From: Candidatus Saccharimonadota bacterium
Lineage (GTDB): Bacteria; Pseudomonadota; Alphaproteobacteria; Rickettsiales; Anaplasmataceae
Reading direction: 5' to 3'
NCBI RefSeq assembly: GCF_013365495.1
Contig: NZ_CP046580.1
Coordinates: 780,001-812,000 of the forward strand
DNA length: 32,000 nucleotides
The position numbers were made by a program, and so were the translations under genes. The notes under the pieces were generated by a model. That model was not told the DNA's origin, made no database searches, and saw only the letters and a list, made by a program, of their open reading frames with translations. Of the stretch, positions 10,783 through 21,528 are shown piece by piece. The first letter of the stretch is position 1, and each line of letters starts with the position of its first letter.

Positions 10783-11535
10783 TTATTTACTTTGGTAACC
10801 ACCATCACTTTCTCCTACATTAATATTAGAATATTCTTCATCATCAAGATATTCTTTTAAAACATACCCTCTACCCCAAACAGTTTCTATATGACTTTTT
10901 CCATCATTCGCACTTTCAAGTTTTTTACGTAATTTGCACATAAAGACGTCAACGATTTTATTATCTGAAGGCTCATCTAAACCATTATAAAGATGGTTTA
11001 AAAACATTTCTTTTGTTAGTACAGTTCCTTTACGTAACGCCAGCAATTCTATCATAGAATATTCTTTGTTAGTTAGATGAACTGTTTTACCTTTTACTTC
11101 AACAACCCTATAATCAAAATTAATATTTATGTTACCAATCTTTATTACTGATTCAGGATGTCCTTTAGTACGGCGTACTATTGCCTTTATCCTAGCTAGC
11201 AGCTCACTCTTATGAAATGGTTTGGTTAAATAATCATCAGCACCATACCCTAGTCCTTTAGCTTTTTGATTAACAGCAGATATACATGAAAGTATCAAAA
11301 CAGGAACTTTAATTTTTGCACTCCTTAACCTTAACAAAATATCATATCCATCAATATCACCTGGCAAATGTATATCTAAAATAACCAAATCATAATGATC
11401 TCCATTTGAAGAAACCATATTATTGTTATAGTCTTGCGCAGAAGTCACAACATCACAAAAATGTCCATCAGAAGCTAAGGCATTAACCACAGTCTTTGCA
11501 CTTATTTGATCATCTTCGATTAATAATATACGCAT
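10783..11535 (-). CDS. ctrA: cell-cycle response regulator CtrA (OmpR/winged-helix family)
   Basis: 250 aa. Near-identical blocks to Caulobacter CtrA: MRILLIEDD, LTKPFHKSELLARIKAIVRR, TKEMFLNHLYNGLDEP, IETVWGRGYVL. Phospho-acceptor Asp sits in LVILDIHLPG. Confidence 0.93.
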   Translation of the reverse strand: MRILLIEDDQISAKTVVNALASDGHFCDVVTSAQDYNNNMVSSNGDHYDLVILDIHLPGDIDGYDILLRLRSAKIKVPVLILSCISAVNQKAKGLGYGADDYLTKPFHKSELLARIKAIVRRTKGHPESVIKIGNININFDYRVVEVKGKTVHLTNKEYSMIELLALRKGTVLTKEMFLNHLYNGLDEPSDNKIVDVFMCKLRKKLESANDGKSHIETVWGRGYVLKEYLDDEEYSNINVGESDGGYQSK

Positions 11536-11774
11536 ATTTTATACCCCGTAAGTAATTTATAATTTTAGCAATATATATGACTAAGAAAAGTACAAATCAA
11601 CTTTTATTAAAAAATAGTCAAAATTACTATAATAAAAACTATTATTTCAAAATAATTAAACATAAATCTAAAATAGAAAAACATATTATCTTATATAAAA
11701 ACATTATTTTCAGCAAATATGAATAAATATACATCTTTCTTAAAAAGAACTCATAATTATAAATATGAAATCTT

Positions 11775-11790
11775 TTGCATATTTATGCAA
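11775..11790. promoter_or_regulatory. palindrome TTGCATA-TT-TATGCAA in the ctrA/gpsA divergent intergenic region
   Basis: Perfect 7-bp arms with a 2-nt spacer, about 55 bp upstream of the gpsA start and 240 bp upstream of the ctrA start. Confidence 0.3.
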
Positions 11791-11844
11791 TATTTTTAAT
11801 TTACTTACCATACTATCCTAAGTAAAATATAATTTTTAGAAATA

Positions 11845-12834
11845 TTGGTGACGATATCAATCTTAGGTGCTGGAGCATGGGGAACAGCAATTGCAATTTC
11901 ACTTAGTAGTGATAAACAAAATATAATTCTATGGACTCGAAGTAAAACTACATTTGAATTAATTAATAAAACAAGAGAAAGCGATAAATTACCAGGTTAC
12001 CAGATTCCTAATACTGTGTCAGTAAAGTCATCTATTAAAGAAACAATTAATTCTTCAATAATTATCCTAGCCACTCCCGTACAATCCTTAAGACAGGTAT
12101 GTCAACAATTACATAATTGCAATTTAAGAAAAGATGTGACAATAATTTTAGCCTGTAAAGGAATAGAAGAATACACATTAAAATTACCAAGTGAAATAGT
12201 AAATGAAGTTTTACTTAATAATCCAGTTGCTATTTTCTCAGGTCCCAGTTTTGCTGTAGAAGTCGCAAAAAAATTACCCTATTCAATGGTTCTTGCATGT
12301 CAAGATAATACGCTAGGCTCAAAACTAATATCAAAACTACAGCAAGAAAATATTAAATTATATTTTAGTAATGATGTTATAGGAGTGCAAATTTGTGCAG
12401 CGTTAAAAAACGTTTTTGCCATAGCATGTGGAATTATTTTAGGTAAAAAACTTGGATACAATACTCATGCAGCACTAATAACAAAAAGTATGAATGAAAT
12501 AAAAACTTTTTATCTAGCAAAAATCAACAACAATATAGATATAGACACATTATTCGGACCAGCATGTTTGGGTGATTTAATAATGACATGTACATCTCTA
12601 AACTCAAGAAATTTATTCTTTGGCTCTAAAATAGGCAGTAGTAATAATAATTTGAATATCCAACAGATTTTACTAGAAAATAATAAACTAGTAATCGAAG
12701 GTTTTAGCACTGTTCAATCTGTATTTTATCTAGCAAAAAAGCTAAAAATAAAAATGCCTATATGTGAAGCAGTTTATAGATTACTATATAAAAATTCTTC
12801 TATAGAAGACACCATTTCTGCTCTTGTAAGCTAA
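11845..12834 (+). CDS. gpsA: NAD(P)H-dependent glycerol-3-phosphate dehydrogenase
   Basis: 329 aa. TTG (11845) or GTG (11848) start. Rossmann motif ISILGAGAWGTAIA and the NVFAIACGI block. Confidence 0.93.
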   Translation: MVTISILGAGAWGTAIAISLSSDKQNIILWTRSKTTFELINKTRESDKLPGYQIPNTVSVKSSIKETINSSIIILATPVQSLRQVCQQLHNCNLRKDVTIILACKGIEEYTLKLPSEIVNEVLLNNPVAIFSGPSFAVEVAKKLPYSMVLACQDNTLGSKLISKLQQENIKLYFSNDVIGVQICAALKNVFAIACGIILGKKLGYNTHAALITKSMNEIKTFYLAKINNNIDIDTLFGPACLGDLIMTCTSLNSRNLFFGSKIGSSNNNLNIQQILLENNKLVIEGFSTVQSVFYLAKKLKIKMPICEAVYRLLYKNSSIEDTISALVS

Positions 12835-12855
12835 TCTTTCCTTTAATGCATATAT

Positions 12856-13344
12856 ATGAAAATTTTTTATAAATTAATATCAACATGGGGGTTGTCTGGC
12901 ACAATAATAAAAAAGATACCAGGTACTATGGGCAGCCTAGCTGCCTATCCAATCGTTCCTATAGTATTAAACAACAAAATTCTAGGGGCAGCTACTATTC
13001 TTTTTTTATTCTTAATTGGATTATGGTCTATAGATAACTATATAAAACATTACAAAACCCCACATGACCCAAAAGAAGTAGTAATTGACGAAGTAGTTGG
13101 ACAACTATTGACAATATTCTTAGTATCAATACCGCTAAACCAAAAAATGAATAATATCCTTTTATTAATGTTATGCTTTTTTTCCTTTAGGCTCTTTGAT
13201 ATAATAAAAATGTGGCCTATAAATTTGATTGACAAAAACATCAAATGTCCTCTAGGCATTATGCTAGATGATATTATAGCTGCAATTTTAGCTTATGTTT
13301 CTATATGGACTTTTTATTGTTTATTATCTGTATATGCAGAATAA
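12856..13344 (+). CDS. pgpA: phosphatidylglycerophosphatase A
   Basis: 162 aa multi-pass membrane protein with the PgpA motif DPKEVVIDEVVGQ. Confidence 0.9.
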   Translation: MKIFYKLISTWGLSGTIIKKIPGTMGSLAAYPIVPIVLNNKILGAATILFLFLIGLWSIDNYIKHYKTPHDPKEVVIDEVVGQLLTIFLVSIPLNQKMNNILLLMLCFFSFRLFDIIKMWPINLIDKNIKCPLGIMLDDIIAAILAYVSIWTFYCLLSVYAE

Positions 13345-14113
13345 AAAAATCTATTATTCAAGTTTAGTTATTCAAAATCTTAAAGATTATATACTGCATG
13401 CAGCAAATCTATCTCAGTGGGAAGCACATAATGAATTTGACAATATTGGATTTTCAATAAATAGAACCAGAGAATCATTATTCAATTTTGTGTCCTGTGA
13501 AGATAGATGTACTGAACCTTCTGTACAAAAAACTCTAAATTACCTTAAGAAAAGAAATACAGAAGAAACATGGGTAATAAATTCACATGCAAAAATAAAA
13601 GTTCTTCTAGAAAAAAATAAAATACAATATGTTAGTACACCAAAAAAAGTTTTACTTAACATGAAAAGCTATCTCCTATCCGCTGATGTTGTTCCAAATT
13701 TAAAGTTAAATACTGTTAATAGTAATAATCTTTTAGAACAGTTAGATTTATGTATCTCTAGAATTTTTTATCACAATATTGGAACTGTCAATACATTTTT
13801 TCGTGGACTACCAAATCACAATGATAAAAATCTGGGATTAAGGTTTTTTCTCGTGACATTAAACAATGAAGTTGTTGGAACATGCAGCTTTTATATTAAA
13901 GATAACATAGCAGGATTCTACAATGATGGAGTTTTACCTATTCATAAAAATCATAGAATAGGTACTCAAATGATTATAGAAAGAATTAAAATAATTCAGC
14001 AACTTAAATGTAAATACGTAGTAGTACACTGTATGAAACCTTCCATTAACTTTTATAAAAGGTTGGGCTTTCAAATACTAGTCAATCTTTACTTATATAC
14101 ATCTTCAACATAA
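13334..14113 (+). CDS. GNAT-family N-acetyltransferase (substrate unknown)
   Basis: C-terminal GNAT core: VVGTCSFY, acetyl-CoA loop HRIGTQMI, FYKRLGF. I prefer the ATG at 13334 (MQNKKIYY) over the track start at 13295. It still overlaps the pgpA end by 11 nt. Confidence 0.75.
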   Translation: MQNKKIYYSSLVIQNLKDYILHAANLSQWEAHNEFDNIGFSINRTRESLFNFVSCEDRCTEPSVQKTLNYLKKRNTEETWVINSHAKIKVLLEKNKIQYVSTPKKVLLNMKSYLLSADVVPNLKLNTVNSNNLLEQLDLCISRIFYHNIGTVNTFFRGLPNHNDKNLGLRFFLVTLNNEVVGTCSFYIKDNIAGFYNDGVLPIHKNHRIGTQMIIERIKIIQQLKCKYVVVHCMKPSINFYKRLGFQILVNLYLYTSST

Positions 14114-14167
14114 CTTATACATACTCTTAGGATAGTTACAAATTTTTACGTCTGTTTTAAAAATACT

Positions 14168-15301
14168 ATGTTTTTTTTGTATGAAGCAATTTTATTATTA
14201 ACTTTAATAATATTCTTTCTCTCTTATTTCAAGTTAAAAATAGATAATAAAATTAAAAGCTTACAACATCAAAATATCATAATAAACAATTTAATTGATA
14301 CTGTGGACGATGGGTTCTATATTTGGGATGCAAAAAAGCGTATAGAAAAATTTTCTCCCAATTTACTAATTTTACTCAATACCATTTTTTATTCATTTAA
14401 TGAGTTTGTAAATTTCTTCGAGCAATCGGAAAGCCTAATTAAAAATTTTACTGAAGCAAAAAAAATAAATAAATCCTTTACTCTGGATTTAAAATCAAAA
14501 GACGGCGAGGTCTACTGTATATGTTATGGCAGAAGCATAATAGATGACTCTAACACCGTAATAGGTGTACTATTGTGGATAAGAAACATCTCAGACTATA
14601 AAATACAAGCCACCGAACTTGAATCAGAAAACAATAAACTTAAACAAAGAATAAAGAGTTATAAAAACATTTTTAACTCTCTACCGTTTCCCATACTTAA
14701 ATATAATGAAAATAAAAAAGCAAAATTCTATAATTTATTTTATGATAAATATATAAATTCTCAAAGATTAGCTGTTGCTAGCAGTATTCAAGGAACAAAA
14801 TTAGGAAAACATGTAATAACTTACAAAAATGAACGTAAAGTTTTTGATTTTATTAAAATCCCAATACAAAATTCCAGTAGTATAATAGTGTATGGAAAAG
14901 ATATCAGTGACACAGAAGAGTTACACGTTAAATTAGATAACTACTTAGCTGCACATAAAAATTTACTTGAAGAATTACCAATAGCCATCACAATATACGG
15001 AAAAAATCAAAAACTAAAGTTTTTTAATAACGCCTTTATAAAAATTTTTCAAATTGATATAAAAATCTTAACATCTTATCCTACTTATTATGAAGTTATA
15101 CTTTACCTATTTGAATCTAAAAAGCTTTTAAAACAAGAAGATTTTCAAAGCCTCAGTAGTCAAAGGCATGAGTTATTTAAAAAACTACTTGGACCATATA
15201 ATAGTACAATTCATCTCACAAATGGAAAAGCGTTTAGAATATTGATAATGCCTTATGCTTCAGAAGATTTACTTTTCTCATACGAAGAATTTAAAAAATA
15301 A
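14168..15301 (+). CDS. membrane-anchored PAS-domain sensor protein lacking a kinase transmitter (truncated histidine kinase?)
   Basis: 377 aa. N-terminal TM segment AILLLTLIIFFLSYF, then three PAS-like modules ending GVLLWIRNISDYK, IIVYGKDISDTEEL and LLFSYEEFKK. No H-box or N/G1/G2 boxes. Confidence 0.7.
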   Translation: MFFLYEAILLLTLIIFFLSYFKLKIDNKIKSLQHQNIIINNLIDTVDDGFYIWDAKKRIEKFSPNLLILLNTIFYSFNEFVNFFEQSESLIKNFTEAKKINKSFTLDLKSKDGEVYCICYGRSIIDDSNTVIGVLLWIRNISDYKIQATELESENNKLKQRIKSYKNIFNSLPFPILKYNENKKAKFYNLFYDKYINSQRLAVASSIQGTKLGKHVITYKNERKVFDFIKIPIQNSSSIIVYGKDISDTEELHVKLDNYLAAHKNLLEELPIAITIYGKNQKLKFFNNAFIKIFQIDIKILTSYPTYYEVILYLFESKKLLKQEDFQSLSSQRHELFKKLLGPYNSTIHLTNGKAFRILIMPYASEDLLFSYEEFKK

Positions 15302-15304
15302 TAT

Positions 15305-16099
15305 TCAAACTACTCCTCCCTTTTCTAGCACAAGCTGTTTTATTTTTACTATTGCTCTTGCTGGATTAAGTCCTTTAGGACAGGCTTTTGTACAATTCAT
15401 TATTGTATGACAGCAGTATAATTTAAACTGGTCAGTTGTTAAAGCATCAAGCCTTTTATCTGTCTTACTATCACGACTATCAACGATCCACCTGTAAGCT
15501 TGTAGCAATATTGCTGGCCCCAAAAATTTATTGCTATTCCACCAATAATTTGGACAACTAGTTGAACAGCAAGCACACAATATACAATCAAAAAGACCAT
15601 CAAGTTTTTTTCTATCTTCAAGAGATTGAAGATATTCTTTATTTGGTAAATTAGCTTTATTTGGCTGTAACCAAGGATAAATTGACTTATATTGCTCATA
15701 AAATTCGCTAAGATCTGAAACTAAATCTTTTATTACATACATGTGAGGTAATGGATATACTTTTACATCACCTTTTATATCAAGTATAGGCTTAATGCAT
15801 GCAAGAGTATTAACTCCACCAATGTTCATAGCACAAGATCCACACACTCCTTCTCTACAAGAACGCCTAAAAGTTAAAGTTGAATCTATTTCATCCTTTA
15901 TCTTTATCAATGCATCAAGTACCATAGAGCCACAATTATCCACATCAATAAAAAATGTATCTACTCTAGGATTTTCCTTATCATCAGCTGACCAACGGTA
16001 AATTAAAAATTTCTTAACATTTTTTGCCTGAGCAGGAGCAAGATAAATTCTTCCTTTTTCGTTAATTTTAGAATTCTTTGGCAAAAAAAACTGAACCAT
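15305..16099 (-). CDS. sdhB: succinate dehydrogenase iron-sulfur subunit
   Basis: 264 aa. Three Cys clusters: [44 protein letters not shown]. Confidence 0.97.
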   Translation of the reverse strand: MVQFFLPKNSKINEKGRIYLAPAQAKNVKKFLIYRWSADDKENPRVDTFFIDVDNCGSMVLDALIKIKDEIDSTLTFRRSCREGVCGSCAMNIGGVNTLACIKPILDIKGDVKVYPLPHMYVIKDLVSDLSEFYEQYKSIYPWLQPNKANLPNKEYLQSLEDRKKLDGLFDCILCACCSTSCPNYWWNSNKFLGPAILLQAYRWIVDSRDSKTDKRLDALTTDQFKLYCCHTIMNCTKACPKGLNPARAIVKIKQLVLEKGGVV

Positions 16100-16195
16100 A
16101 TATCTACCTTTATTGTTAATAGTTAAAAAATAGTCCTTATTTTACAAATAACACAGTTTACTATTATCTACTACATTTTTATTAATTTTTTTAAA

Positions 16196-16642
16196 CTAAA
16201 CATAATCACAACCCAAAAAAACTAAAATCCTATTTTCCAAATTCTTCATTATAATTTCCTCATCTTTTTTTTGATGATCATAACCAAGTAAATGTAATAA
16301 TCCATGCACCAACATATGTGTAACATGAACTATCATGGATATGTTGTACTCATCTGATTCCTTTTGTATTGAATCCATTGAAATAGCTACATCACCCAAA
16401 TCACACTTATTAGACAATTGTTCACATTGAAATGATAACACGTTAGTTGGCTTATCGATTTTTCTAAATCTTAAATTAAGCTGATGCAGAAAATCATCAT
16501 TAGCAAGAACAACTGATATACTTGGCTCATAATGATATATTCCTAATCTTTGTAGAGAAACTTTCATAACATTAAGTACAAATATCTCTGGATCTTTTAT
16601 AATACTATACCATCTCTCATCAAAAATATTTACTTCTACCAT
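16196..16642 (-). CDS. ybeY: rRNA maturation endoribonuclease YbeY
   Basis: 148 aa. Zinc motif [15 protein letters not shown]. Confidence 0.92.
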   Translation of the reverse strand: MVEVNIFDERWYSIIKDPEIFVLNVMKVSLQRLGIYHYEPSISVVLANDDFLHQLNLRFRKIDKPTNVLSFQCEQLSNKCDLGDVAISMDSIQKESDEYNISMIVHVTHMLVHGLLHLLGYDHQKKDEEIIMKNLENRILVFLGCDYV

Positions 16643-19600
16643 TACTTATCCTTATCTTCATTAAGAATAAAAAAATTAATAAACACAACTGTTTAAATAA
16701 TGCCGTACTTTTAAAAGAAAATTTCTTTATACTACTTGGTGCTGAATTTTTTAAAATTATCTAAAATAAGCTTTCCTTTACTATACAATAAAATTTTCAT
16801 ATAATCTTAACCTTAATCATTTATACACACCATTTTACTTAGCATTACTCTATTTTTACAAATATTCACTCATAATTTAAGAACCATAATTTCATTATTT
16901 TTTTCTTTCCTAATCGGCCAATATCATAAATATTATGTATAATTCCATTATATCTCTTCATTTACTTACTCAAATGGCCATGGTATCAAAGTTTAACTAT
17001 ATAGGTATCCACTTTTTCTTTTAATCATTATCCCTAATTAATCAAAAAAAAGTTTACCTATCATCAAAGATAGCATCATCATCACTACCAACAGAAAGAA
17101 AAAAACTTAACTTTTTCTTCCATTTATCTGATTAAAGATAGTATTAAAATTAACACCATATTTCATTTTCATCTACTTTTGACACACTCTATTCGCTGCA
17201 GCACCAACTATTTTATAAAATAGCCTATCTTTTTTCACTAACTTACAATGTTAATAATATTCCTTAATATACCTTACTTAAACACATGATCAAATAATAG
17301 ATTAGAAAGTAATATATACAACTTCTACAGTACACTTGAACCTAGCTTTTCTCTGTAGAAAAAGAGAGCCAAAAAAGAACAACAAATTTTATTATCCCAT
17401 CTTCTTTTTCACTCTCATTTACTATTATTCCTAATATTCTTAAAGTCAAAACTAATTAATACCCCATCATGGATTCACTATCCAAGCCAACATTTCTCTA
17501 ATACCAATTAGACAATACTATCTGCAAATTTAAATATATCAAGCAAATATAATTTTCATCAACAATTTTAAATAATTTTTAGTTTAAACAACAATAAACG
17601 CAGTATATTCCACATATTTTGCACTTCTTTCAAGTCAAAGTCCTGTATACCAATATACGTGTCATCTTTAAAGCTGAAATAGCTGAGTTACAACTCCAAC
17701 AGTCAAACTTTTTTAAAAAAAACTTTATCTTTACTAACAACCTTTATTTCTTTAATACTGCTTTTACAATTTATATACCATTACCACCTCTACTCATTTA
17801 TGTTATAATAAGAGCATATAAATATCTTTAATATATATACCCAAATTTCCTTCAATTAATTCTTTTACCAGCCTTTTTATACCAACACCTAAAAAAAAAG
17901 TAGCCACCAAACCTTTAATTAAACTCTACAGCTGAATTTTTTTATCACATAACCACTTTTACTCTAAGTACTTTTTTATTAGTTTGCAATAAAATTACCT
18001 CTTATAAATTAGTTAAATTTAATGATATCCTTTTTTTAAAGATCTCACCAGTAGTACAACACATATCTACAACAGCAATCTTTAATATACTACAGAAAGC
18101 TTTCTAAATTGAGATTAATAAACATTTAGATTTCTTAAATTTTATCAATTCACGTGAATAAGTTACTGTTTTTAACAAAATGAAAATGCCTTTATTACAT
18201 AAACAATAAATAACTTACTTATTTATCAACATAACAGCATCATAAATCATATTTAATGATTTAATTTATTAACATGTTCCTATCATGTATAAAACAAAAA
18301 AAATACCTTTAAAAAAAACAAAACTTACTCCTTTCTATAAATCATATTGTATCTACTCTTTCATTAATCTAAATTTTATAAAATATTATTAAGACCAATA
18401 ATTATTAAACCACTTCACCTTTTTACTTAGTTACTTCAAATTATCCAATAACCTTTTTTATAATCAAGTTCAAGTATAGTTTTTTTTTACTTCTTAACAA
18501 TTTAATTACTTAATACAATTCAATATTACACACACTATAAGTAATAGATATCCATTACCGAGCAGCTGCAAACAATAAATAAACTATTACATAATTGCAG
18601 TATATATATTATAATCATTTTACTTTTAAGTATTATTTATATATAAACTAACGCCACCGACTTATCAAAATAATATAAATACAAAACTTATACTTTTAAA
18701 AAGTAACTGTAGGAATTATCATAATTATATCAACAACTTGAAGGTATTTTCATTAATTATTTTTAGTACACTTACAAATTTATCAATACCACCAAACTTC
18801 TTAGTAATCTTTGACTTATTTATATCTTCCAAAATAACATTTAAAATACCACTTTTCTTATATTTAAAACTTGCTAACACTATCAACTCCACTTTAAATA
18901 GAAAACTAAAATTTATCTTAAGAGAAACATTCATTTAAAAAATTTCATTCATCAAACAATATTCATTTAGTAATATTTTATTTTCATAACTTAACACTCT
19001 TCAAAAAAGACTCCCTTTTTCACTTTTCTCCCAAGACTAGCATAGCTGTATTCCACTATTTTTACAATATACTCATCCTATTAATTAAAAACATAGTCCC
19101 TTTTGCTATTTGAGAAGTGCCTTCTACTACATATGGATAAAACTCTCTTATAAAAAAGCTTATCAAAACAACTTCATCATACCATTTTTAAGAAAAATTA
19201 ATAGTTAACTATATATTATTCAGTTAAATTTTTCTTATTATTATTTTTTTTATTATTATTACTTCTTTTTCTTTTGAACAATAAAAGAAAATGTCAAAAG
19301 CTCTAGTATCAAATAGTATATCTATATTATTAAACAATTATCCAAACGTTTTGTTTTTATGAACTTGCACATCAAAGATTTTTTTGTGTGACCTATATTA
19401 TATTTCTTAAATAACTGCATCTGTATAAATTTATATAATAACCAGTTAAAAATCTAAATAATAGTAGAACATTAACCTCTAGATAGTAACTACCATACCT
19501 TTAATAATTCAACTCAAAAAATTAAGACAAATCTCAAAAAAAATTACACTACACTATAACCATAATGATTTTTCAAATTTTTTACTCCTCCTTATTACTA

Positions 19601-20263
19601 TCAACATGAAACATGAGTAAAAATAAAGATAAATTCTTTAAATACTTATTATAATCTATCTATTAGAATACAATAATATCCTCATAATCAACTTAAAAAT
19701 CTTTTATTAGTAAATCTAAAAAACAAACTACTTACAAGTATCAATTTTCTCTGGTACTAGAGAAGAATTATAACAACAAAAGCTATATACCAGCATAACC
19801 TTATTACTGTCATTTTAACTATTACCCGCAATAACTAACCTTTTTAACACATTATTTTAATATCAAAACCAATTTTTTCTTTCTACCTTACTTAAAATTT
19901 TCTAGCTTATAATTAACTAATCCTCTTGAAAAAATTTTACAAATACAATACCATCAAATTTTTTATAACCAATATACTTTATATTTTTTGCTAACAACTT
20001 TTCTAACTTTATTCATAGATAAACAACCTACTATTCTTTAATTTTGTTTTTGTAATTTTATTCCTCTCCCAAACTTACGAACTAAAATAACCTTTACCTA
20101 AATACCAAGACTAAATTCTTCAATTACTATAACACACATCACACATGAATAGCCAATACCCATTATATAATAGATAATATTTAAAGCCTGAAAAAACCTT
20201 CAAAAAAGTAAAAAAGGTAAAGTTAATCTACCACTTCCTCTTTTTACTAATTATTACTGCTTC

Positions 20264-20896
20264 TCACCTTGTTTGTTCTCGATCTATATGTCCAATAATA
20301 ACTGAGTTTAAATAAGTGTTAAACTCTTTAGCACCAACTTTATCTAATCCTAATACTTTTAATATCTCAGTTTGAATTATATACTTACCATCATCACTTT
20401 TCATGTTTAATGCACTTATATTCAAAAGCAAAGTATTACCTATTTCCTTACTCTTCTCACTTGTAATAATAACATAGCACTCTTTACCATCTGAGTTAAT
20501 AAAATCTATACGATACTCATCTTCTATAATCTTTCCATCTTTATCCTTATTTTTGTTATTTTTCCTTATATACTCAAACTCCTTTCTTGTTATTTGCAAT
20601 TTCACATTACCATTATCAACAATAAACTTCATAGCTTCCAACTCAGATATTTTATTATTTTTACTAATGGCATATGTTGCTAAACTTACCAATACAACAG
20701 CAATGGTTATCAATACACCTATTCCAAGTGATGTAGCCGCAAAAGCTGCAAGTGGAGCTAAGACTGAAGTTGAAGACACTAAATGTGGTGCTGACAATAC
20801 TACTGCCGAACCCACAATATACAAAGAAGCAAGTACTACAAGAGCTGTATTCGTTTTACGGAGTTGACCACGATGGTTTTTAAAAATTAACATCAT
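20264..20896 (-). CDS. hypothetical membrane protein: N-terminal bilobed hydrophobic domain plus about 130-aa soluble C-terminal domain
   Basis: 210 aa. Hydrophobic TALVVLASLYIVGSAVVLSAP and VLAPLAAFAATSLGIGVLITIAVVLVSLATYAI near the N-terminus. Same strand as, and downstream of, dut. No domain recognised. Confidence 0.65.
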   Translation of the reverse strand: MMLIFKNHRGQLRKTNTALVVLASLYIVGSAVVLSAPHLVSSTSVLAPLAAFAATSLGIGVLITIAVVLVSLATYAISKNNKISELEAMKFIVDNGNVKLQITRKEFEYIRKNNKNKDKDGKIIEDEYRIDFINSDGKECYVIITSEKSKEIGNTLLLNISALNMKSDDGKYIIQTEILKVLGLDKVGAKEFNTYLNSVIIGHIDREQTR

Positions 20897-20997
20897 TACC
20901 TCTTTAATAAATCATTAATATACTAAAACTATACACAAAAATCACCTCGGTCAAGAAATTTTTAACTAAAACTACTCATATATTGACGTTCACATAA

Positions 20998-21453
20998 TTA
21001 CCTACCACTTGAACCAAAACCACCTTTATTTCGATCAGTTTTTTCCATATAAAACTCTTCTGTATTACTCCAAATTACCCAAGATACAGGAGCAACAAGA
21101 ATTTGTGCAATTCTATCCCTCCTTCTTATTTCATATGGTCGGTTACCCAAATTAATTAAACAAACTCCAACCTCACCTCTATAATCAGAATCTATAGTAC
21201 CAGGAGAATTTAAGACAGTAATTCCATACTTTACAGCAAGACCAGAGCGTGGACGAATTTGCCCCTCAAAACCATTTGGTATCGCAATTACAATTCCAGT
21301 TGGAATAAGTAACCTTTCAAATGGATTTAAAATTACAAAATCATCTAATGCCGCATAAAGATCCATACCAGCACTATGTGCAGTTATATAATCTGGAAAA
21401 GGTAAATCCCCCCCGTGTAATAATTTTTTTATCTCTACTTTTATTTTTTGCAC
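20998..21453 (-). CDS. dut: dUTP diphosphatase
   Basis: 151 aa with a GTG start. Motifs AGMDLYA, RSGLAVKYGI, GTIDSDYRGEV, GGFGSSG. Confidence 0.95.
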   Translation of the reverse strand: MQKIKVEIKKLLHGGDLPFPDYITAHSAGMDLYAALDDFVILNPFERLLIPTGIVIAIPNGFEGQIRPRSGLAVKYGITVLNSPGTIDSDYRGEVGVCLINLGNRPYEIRRRDRIAQILVAPVSWVIWSNTEEFYMEKTDRNKGGFGSSGR

Positions 21454-21528
21454 TCTACTTACAAAAATTAATTTAACTTAAACATATAAATTGCATCTAC
21501 AAAATAATACACTACAATCAATACTAAA

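Noticed and set aside
11607-11621. CtrA-box-like TTAA-N7-TCAA upstream of ctrA, and TTAA-rich strings elsewhere.
   Set aside because: It is only a 7-of-8 match. TTAA is so frequent in these spacers that such spacing is expected by chance. I found no full TTAA-N7-TTAA in the ctrA upstream region.
14574-14582. A perfect DnaA box (TGTGGATAA, complement TTATCCACA), plus scattered 7-of-9 boxes at about 17011, 17591 and 19051. I considered this as a possible oriC.
   Set aside because: The single perfect box lies inside a coding region. The imperfect boxes do not cluster. The spacer C>G skew keeps the same sign in nearly all the spacers I sampled, and there is no hemE or dnaA context.
17619-17831. 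ORFs inside the 3.6-kb desert: 17619-17831 (+), 18725-18934 (-) and 18738-18938 (+).
   Set aside because: My rough estimate for this base composition predicts a few open stretches of 60-70 codons by chance in 3.6 kb. The sequences are low-complexity. The two at 187xx are mutually antisense. I mention them only as a possible relic in the desert finding.
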